A stretch of DNA of 64,000 nucleotides from Eledone cirrhosa (Eukaryota). The notes beneath the pieces are model-generated. The model was not told the origin of the DNA. It saw only the letters and a program-made list of their open reading frames with translations, and made no database searches. The position numbers and the translations under genes are program-made. The DNA is taken from positions 181,908,001 to 181,972,000 of the forward strand of contig OZ024742.1 of assembly GCA_964016885.1 (NCBI GenBank), given 5' to 3'. Of the stretch, positions 55,979 to 64,000 are shown piece after piece (positions within the stretch are counted from its first letter, which is position 1; the number at the start of each line of letters is the position of its first letter).

Positions 55979-56022
55979 TACAGGTAATCAAAGTGTGTAT
56001 ACATTTTTTGGAACACCCTGTA
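55979..56022 (-). mobile_element. Tc1/mariner-like terminal fragment
   Basis: Minus strand reads TA-cagggtgttccaaaaaatgtatacacac. Only one convincing end is present. Confidence 0.4.
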
Positions 56023-56246
56023 TATATATATATTTATATAATACCATGTATGTTTGTTATGAACATTCACATTGTATCACGTGACAATGTATATTGATTG
56101 ACTGAATAATTGAATAATATACTGTATTGATTTTTAGTTACTACACGGTAACTGGTACTGTTTCTTGCATTGCTTTCTCCTTTACTCGCTCTCTCTCTAA
56201 CTCTCTCTCTCTGTCTCTCGCTGTACATTCTCTCTCATTCTCCCCC

Positions 56247-56283
<37 letters not shown>

Positions 56284-56648
56284 TTATCTATCTATCTATG
56301 TAACTATCTATGTAACTATCTGTCCATCTATCCGCCTCTCTCTTTCTCTCTCCCTCTCTCTCTCTCTTTCTCTGTCTATATCTATCTATCTATGTATATA
56401 TATATATATATATATGTACACGTATATATATATATATATATTTATAACGAAGGAATTGAGGTAAGGAACCAGATGGACCATAACGCACCAGAGTACTCAA
56501 TACTTAGGGTAGTAGAGTGGGAAATAGGGAAAAGTATGACCCCGACAGCAGAACTCAAGCCGTTTCAACGGCTATTTCTGGACTGAAATAGACGTCCAGA
56601 AATAGCCGTCGAAACGGCTTGAGCTGTGCCGTCGGGGTCATACTTTTT

Positions 56649-56708
<60 letters not shown>

Positions 56709-56710
56709 AA

Positions 56711-56800
<90 letters not shown>

Positions 56801-56971
56801 GATTGGTGTTCCAGGGGAGATCTAGACGAATATATCCCCACAGTTAGAGATACAGGACTACAACTGTTACATTTGCTTGAAATGTATTTCGTGATGAGAT
56901 GAAATGAAATATATATATATATATATGTGTGTGTATGTGTGTGTGTGTGTGGGTCTGTGTGTGTATGTATA

Positions 56972-57016
<45 letters not shown>

Positions 57017-57164
57017 AAATAGTTAAGACAAGTAAGATCATTGTTCCACTCTGTACTCGATGCTTTTCTGCCCTACGGCTAAGCTCTTACCGTTTCGACA
57101 GCAATTGTTTGCGTGATATTACAAAATACACTACTATGTATTTAAAGGTTTAATGTAGTGTGTG

Positions 57165-57234
<70 letters not shown>

Positions 57235-57364
57235 CATCAGCAGCATCAGTAGTAGTAGTAGTAGTAGTAGTAGTATTTACTACATTACTATTGACTACAT
57301 TTTCACCATTACTCTCAGCGTATGGAGCTATTTTTAGTAGCATTTTTCAGTGCGTAACATAAGG

Positions 57365-57702
57365 GATATAGTTACTGTAGTGTTAGTAGTAATATAGTTA
57401 CTGTAGTGTTAGTAGTAATATAGTTACTGTAGTGTTAGTAGTAATATAGTTACTGTAGTGTTAATAGTAATATAGTTATAGTAATATTAGTAGTAATATA
57501 ATTACTGTAATGTTAGTAGTAATATAGTTACTGTAGTGTTAGTATTATTATAGGTACTGTAATGTTAGTATTAATATAGTTATTGTAGTCTTCGTAATAA
57601 TATAGTTATAGTAATATTAGTATTAATATAGTTATTGTAGTCTTAGTAATAATATAGTTATAGTAATATTAGTATTAATATAGTTACTGTAATGTTAGTA
57701 AT
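57365..57702. repeat. 26-bp minisatellite, ~13 copies
   Basis: Unit tatagttactgtagtgttagtagtaa. Confidence 0.95.
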
Positions 57703-59379
57703 AGAAGAGACCTTGAATTCTTTGATAAACAAAAAATGTTAAATATTATTATTTCCCCACCACTATGATCATTATTCTCCTTCATCACCCTCACTATCAC
57801 CACTACTTCTACCACTATCATCATCATCATCATCATCATCATCACCATCTTCATTACTATGGCAATTACCGCCCAATATTATCATCCGCATTTTCCTTGT
57901 CAGCCCTACTATAACAATTACCACCGCCATATCCTCAAATATCTCCATCCTTTTTAACATCACAATTACCATCGTCATTACCATCTGAATTATCATCATC
58001 ATAATCATCATCACCATCTTCGTCACCATCATCGGCGTGATCATCATCACCACTACCTCCACCACCCATACCACCACCACCATCATCATGATTAATGGGG
58101 ACTACGTGATAACAATTACAACAGCAGCAGCATCTGCATTACCAATAGCAACAACGATAGCAGCAATAGCAACTGTTGTAGTACCATTAACAACAAGAAC
58201 AACAATTATAGCTATCATATCAACAAAATTAGCAACAAAGCAAGCAACGAAAGATACACTTGACGCGCTAGAAATATCAGTCAAATCTCCTTCAAATTAA
58301 CCACTGACGTCTTAGGAAAGTATTCGATGGATAATGTAATGGGAAATACAATATGGCTGAAAATAAGACAAGCGGGAAGATGACGGCTGGAATACCTTTG
58401 CATATAGTAGTTTTGTTCGAGTAAAAATGAACAGGGGCATCGCAGCCGAAAAATCAGTAGAAACAAGGGCAATGACAGTAGTAGGAGTGACAAGGAAAAC
58501 ATTAGCAACAAGAACAGCAACTGTTGCAACAACAGCTGCATTAATAACATAAGTAACAGTATTTGCTGCAACAGTAGCAACAAAGCCGAGCTGTAGCATC
58601 AGCAAGAACATAAGCAGCAATAGCTGCAACACAAATACTACTAAATGTACTAGCAGTAATTGTTGCAACACTAGTAGCAGCAACACTAGTAGCAGCAACA
58701 ATAGCAATAATAGCATTGGCAACAGTGACCGCAATTGCAAAACAAATGCAGCACCAATAGCAACCGCTACAACAGCAGCTGCTACAACACTAGTATCAGC
58801 AACAACAACAGCCGCAGCAGCTACAACACCAATTTCCAAACAACAACAGCAGCTGCAACTGCTAAAACAGCATCAGCAGAGACAACAACAGCAACAAAGC
58901 CAACAACTTTAGCAACAGCTACAACGGCAACAGAAGCCTTAGCAACAGCAGCAACAACAACAACAACAACAACAGCAACAGCATTAACAGCAATAACCGT
59001 AGTAGCTGCAGGTGTAACATCCACAGTAGTTGCATCTGTTACAACAGCAACAATAATAACAGCAGCTGCAACTGCAACGAATACCAAAAGATAGCAACAA
59101 CAGCAGCAACAACAACAACTGCAATATCATAACAGCAGCTACAACAAGAACAACAGACAATAGTGTTGCTGCTGCTGCTGCTGCTGCTGCTGTTGTTATA
59201 TGAAGCACTGTATCTGCTAGTATGTGTGTGAGGGAATATGAACGTGTGAATGGCTTGGTGGTATGGGTGTTAGGCTCACGGCTAGAAGATCTTGTGTTCG
59301 ATACCCAGCAACACATTGTGTCCTTCTTTAAGATACTTTATTTCACGTTGATCCAATCCACTCAGTTGGTAAAAATGAG

Positions 59380-60065
59380 TTGTATCTGTAATTCAAAGGG
59401 CCAGCCTTGTCAAAATCTGTGTCCTGCTGAATCTCCCTGAGAGCCACGTTAGGTGTACGCGTGTCTGTGGAATGCTCATTTAATATAATAAAGATAGACT
59501 ATATATGTAATTCGAAGGGCCAGCCTTGTCACACATGTCCTGCTGAATCTCCCTGAGAACTACGTTAAGTGTACTGTGGAATACTCAGCTACGTGTATAT
59601 AACTCAAGCTGGTCTCTATCTCCAATACAAAGTGCCAGCATTTCCATACGCTGTGTTTCACTTAATCTCCCTGAGAACTGCATTACGGATATACGTAAAT
59701 ATAGAATGCTCAGCCACTATAATACATGATAGACTGTATCGGTAATTCAATTGACTACAACAGCTCGTGTCATACTGAATCTCCCTGACATATATGTTAA
59801 GGATACACGTGTCTGTTGAATTCCCAGTCATTATGATACAAGATAGACTGTATCTATAATTTAAAAGGTCAGCCTTTTCGATTACGCTAGAGGTATACGT
59901 ATCTGTGGAATGCTCAGACACTTTAGTACAAGATAAACTCTGAATCTCCCTGAGAATGGCATAGGGGGTACTCGTGTTTGTCGAACACTCATCCACTAGT
60001 ATGTCAATTTCACTAGCAAGCTGTTCCATTGATCGAATTTCACTAGCAAGCTGTTCCATTGATGG
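59380..60065 (+). repeat. Tandemly amplified, degenerate 3' segment of SINE family 2
   Basis: Recurrent gtaattcaaagggccagccttgtc, ctgaatctccctgaga and gtctgtggaatgctca blocks, about five times after the SINE head at 59245. Confidence 0.75.
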
Positions 60066-60469
60066 AATATAGATCGTCGAAACAGACTGAGGTCCCTAAC
60101 ACACACACATACAGACAGTTGTGTGCTGTCTACAGGTAACACTGCTTCTATGCAGATGGTTGTCATAGTAGCAGTCGGTACAGACGTTGCAGCTGCAACA
60201 TCCAATGCCAGCTGCAACTATCTTTTGCTACCTTCTACTGTTGCTACTGCTGATACTGATATTGCTGCTGCAGTTGTTGTTGTTGTTGATTATGTTGCTA
60301 TCGGTAGCTGCTGTGCACATGCTGCTGCTAATGCTATTGCTTCAATTGTTAGTGATGTTGTTGTTATTACTGTTTATGTTGCTAACGGTAGCTGCTGCAG
60401 CAGTTGCAGCTGTTATTCTTGTTGCTGCTGTTGTTGCTGTTGTTGTTGCTGCTGCTCCTGCTCCTATTG

Positions 60470-60665
60470 TTGTTGCTATTGATAGCTACTGCTTCTGTTG
60501 CTGCTGTTGCTCTTGTTGCTGCTGTTACTGCTGTTGTTGTTGTTGCTATTGATAGCTACTGCTTCTGTTGCTGCTGTTGTTGTTGTTGCTACTGCTGTTG
60601 TTGTTGCTGCTGTTACTGCTGCTGTTGTTGCTGCTATTGATAGCTACTGCTTCTGTTGCTGCTGT

Positions 60666-60696
<31 letters not shown>

Positions 60697-61815
60697 ACTG
60701 TTGTTGTTGTTGCTGCTGTTACTGCTGCTGTTGTTGTTGCTATTGATAGCTACTGCTTCTGTTGCTGCTGCTGCTGTTGTTGTTGCTACTGTTGTTGTTG
60801 TTGCTGCTGTTACTGCTGCTGTTGTTGTTGCTATTGATAGCTACTACTTCTGTTGCTGCTGTTGTTGTTGTTGCTGCTGTTACTGCTGCTGTTGTTGTTG
60901 CTATTGATAGCTACTGCTTCTGTTGCTGCTGTTGTTGTTGCTACTGTTGTTGTTGTTGTTGCTGCTGTTACTGCTGCTGTTGTTGTTGCTATTGATAGCT
61001 ACTGCTTCTGTTGCTGCTGTTGTTGATGCTACTGTTGTTGTTGTTGCTGCTGTTACTGCTGCTGTTGTTGTTGCTATTGATAGCTACTGCTTCTGTTGCT
61101 GTTGTTGTTGTTGTTGCTACTGTTGTTGTTGTTGTTGCTGCTGTTACTGCTGCTGTTGTTGTTGCTATTGATAGCTACTGCTTCTGTTGCTGCTGTTGTT
61201 GTTGCTACTGTTGTTGTTGTTGTTGCTGCTGTTACTGCTGCTGTTGTTGTTGCTATTGATAACTACTGCTTCTGTTGCTGCTGTTGTTGTTTCTACTGTT
61301 GTTGTTGTTGCTGCTGTTACTGCTGCTGTTGTTGTTGCTATTGATAGCTACTGCTTCTGTTGCTGCTGTTGTTGTTTCTACTGTTGTTGTTGTTGCTGCT
61401 GTTACTGCTGCTGTTGTTGCTGCTATTGATAGCTACTGCTTCTGTTGCTGCTGTTGTTGTTGCTACTGTTGTTGTTGTTGTTGCTGCTGTTACTGCTGCT
61501 GTTGTTGCTGCTATTGATAGCTACTGCTTCTGTTGCTGCTGCTGCTGCTGCTGTTGTTGTTGCTATTGATAGCTACTGCTTCTGCTGCTGCTGTTGTTGT
61601 TGCTACTGTTGTTGTTGTTGTTGCTGCTGCTACTGCTGCTGTTGTTGCTGCTATTGATAGCTACTGCTTCTGTTGCTGCTGCTGCTGTTGTTGTTGCTAT
61701 TGAAAGCTACTGCTTCTGTTGCTGCTGCTGCTGTTGTTGTTGCTATTGAAAGCTACTGCTTCTGTTGCTGCTGCTGCTGCTGTTGTTGCTATTGAAAGCT
61801 ACTGCTTCTGTTGCT
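60470..61815. repeat. Minisatellite: constant gctattgatagctactgcttct core plus variable (GTT/GCT)n
   Basis: About 18 units of roughly 46-106 bp. Confidence 0.95.
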
Positions 61816-62270
61816 GCTACTACTGCTGCTATTGTTGTTGCGGCTGCAGCTGTTGATGTTGTTGCTGCTATTGTTTTTTTTCTGCTACCAGTATTTACTG
61901 CTTCTGCTGCAGCTGCTGTTGTTGCCGTTGCTGTTGTCAATGTTCTTGCTGCTGCTGCTGCTATAACCATCGCAACACCGCTCCTCCTCTCTATATGCCC
62001 TGACTTGCCGCCATCGTTCTATTTTCAGCTTTCCCCCAAAATGGTTATGGTATTTGGCGTATAACTTATAACACACACATCCACACACATACAAATACTC
62101 ACACGCAATCACACCAATACACATGCACACCCACACGCACACAGACACGTGCAAAGACACACAGAGAAAAGCAGGCACATATAATCACACACACACTCAC
62201 AAACCCAATCATTCAAAGATGTAGGTATATATTTTCACACACACACACACGCACACACACACACACACAC

Positions 62271-62348
<78 letters not shown>

Positions 62349-62444
62349 ATATATATATATATACACACACAGATACATATATATACACACGCACGCACAC
62401 AGGCATATATATATATATATATATACATATATATAAATATTTAG

Positions 62445-62573
<129 letters not shown>

Positions 62574-63026
62574 AATGCTTCAAGAAATATAACAGGGCAT
62601 TGAAACAGCGTTCAACGCCCTACATAAAGCAGTTAAATCACCTTCACCTCCCTCTGGAATGTATTATATATATATATATATATATATGAATATACACATA
62701 TACACATATATATATGAATATATATATATATATATGCGTATATTACATGTGTGCATACGTCCGTGTGTATATATATATATATTTGTGCGTGCGTGTGTAT
62801 ATATGTTAAAGATTTCTGCCCTACAGTTAAGCTTTTACCGTTTCGATAGCAAATGAGGAATGATAGAAACATAATCGTGGGGCATGGAATACTTATAACA
62901 ATATGTAGACCCTACTTTTCTTGATATACAGTATCAATTTGAATAAAGGTTTTAACTAATTACATCTCTATCAATCTACTAATCTCTCTCTCTCTCTCCC
63001 TCTCTCTCTCCCTCTCTCTTTCTCTC

Positions 63027-63063
<37 letters not shown>

Positions 63064-63626
63064 GTTATTCCGGGTTGAATCGGAGGTAACCACAGTAAGT
63101 AAGGTACTCAATACATAGCAGAGTATAAAAGTTTTAATATAGATGAGATTCTACAGGACTAGAACTGTTTCATTCTTTAGAAATCATCAGGAATCTATAT
63201 GTATATATATATATATATATATATACATCTAAATATATATTTATATATTATATATATATATATATGTATAACAAAGAGGGTGTGATAAGATACGAGGTGG
63301 AACATAACGCACCAGAGTACTCGATACTTGGGGGGAGTTGAGTGGGTAATATGAAAAGGTTCCCGACTCCTACTAGCAGTTGAAACGGCCGGAGATCAGC
63401 CGTCGGCGTCCTGAATCTTTTTCACATACATATACATACATAAATCAACATATGTTGATTTAAAACTGTGCTATTCAGAAGTGTGTTTTAACCTTCATAT
63501 CATGTCTCCCTATTTTATCTGACGAAAACGCAAATGTTATTGCATGATGATATTTGTTTTTGAAATGCGCATAATAAAATACATGGAACTCTTTTAACAT
63601 ACATACATATATATATATATATATAG

Positions 63627-63659
<33 letters not shown>

Positions 63660-63674
63660 GTGTGTGTGTGTGTG

Positions 63675-63722
<48 letters not shown>

Positions 63723-64000
63723 CAAAGAAGATACGTCTAGCGTTACACTCGTAATAAGTTGCACATAAAAAAAAAATATATATATATATATATTTCTTAA
63801 ATTTCTTATTCGCCCTTGTATGTTTTCTTTTGATATAGTCGCTTCACATGTGTACCGTGTTTTGAGTTCCTTCTAATTTCAGTGGTCATCTCTGGTAGTG
63901 TTGAGCATGCCTGTGAGCGGTAGGGTCAAGTAAATATTTGATACAACTATACATAATAATTGTTTCTACATTTGACACAAGGCCAGCAAATATTCCAGTG

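Noticed and set aside
57772-59220. Thr/Ala-rich and hydrophobic ORFs
   Set aside because: Degenerate (CAT)/(CAA/CAG)n low-complexity DNA with stops in every frame and no recognisable motif or splice structure.
60470-61815. CRISPR-like constant repeat with variable spacers; Cys-rich or Leu-rich ORFs
   Set aside because: The spacers are related triplet runs, not unique sequence, and the ORFs are repeat artefacts ending at each core.

Overview
This is AT-rich eukaryotic, non-genic DNA saturated with (TA)n, (CA)n, (GA)n and triplet microsatellites. The SINE and microsatellite landscape resembles octopus or other coleoid cephalopod genomes (inference, not searched). I find no intact host gene, and nearly all ORFs in the track are microsatellite artefacts. 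Recognisable coding remnants are all transposon-derived: RTE, Tx1/L1, CRE, R4/Dong-like and CR1/Jockey-like non-LTR fragments, plus a Helitron helicase C-terminus. Three SINE families, non-autonomous Helitrons and several satellites are also present. The main unexplained structure is a dense swarm of at least eight unrelated families of short non-coding elements that sit in (TA)n tracts. They are often built as an inverted arm plus a forward arm plus an unpaired tail, and they carry type I hammerhead ribozyme folds. Several folds are complete, and two have non-canonical cores (CAGAAGA, UUGAAAA). The families also share a GAGT(G/A)CT motif about 40-55 nt from their 3' ends. This fits truncated or non-autonomous Penelope-like retroelements. 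All folds and alignments were done by eye and need computational confirmation.
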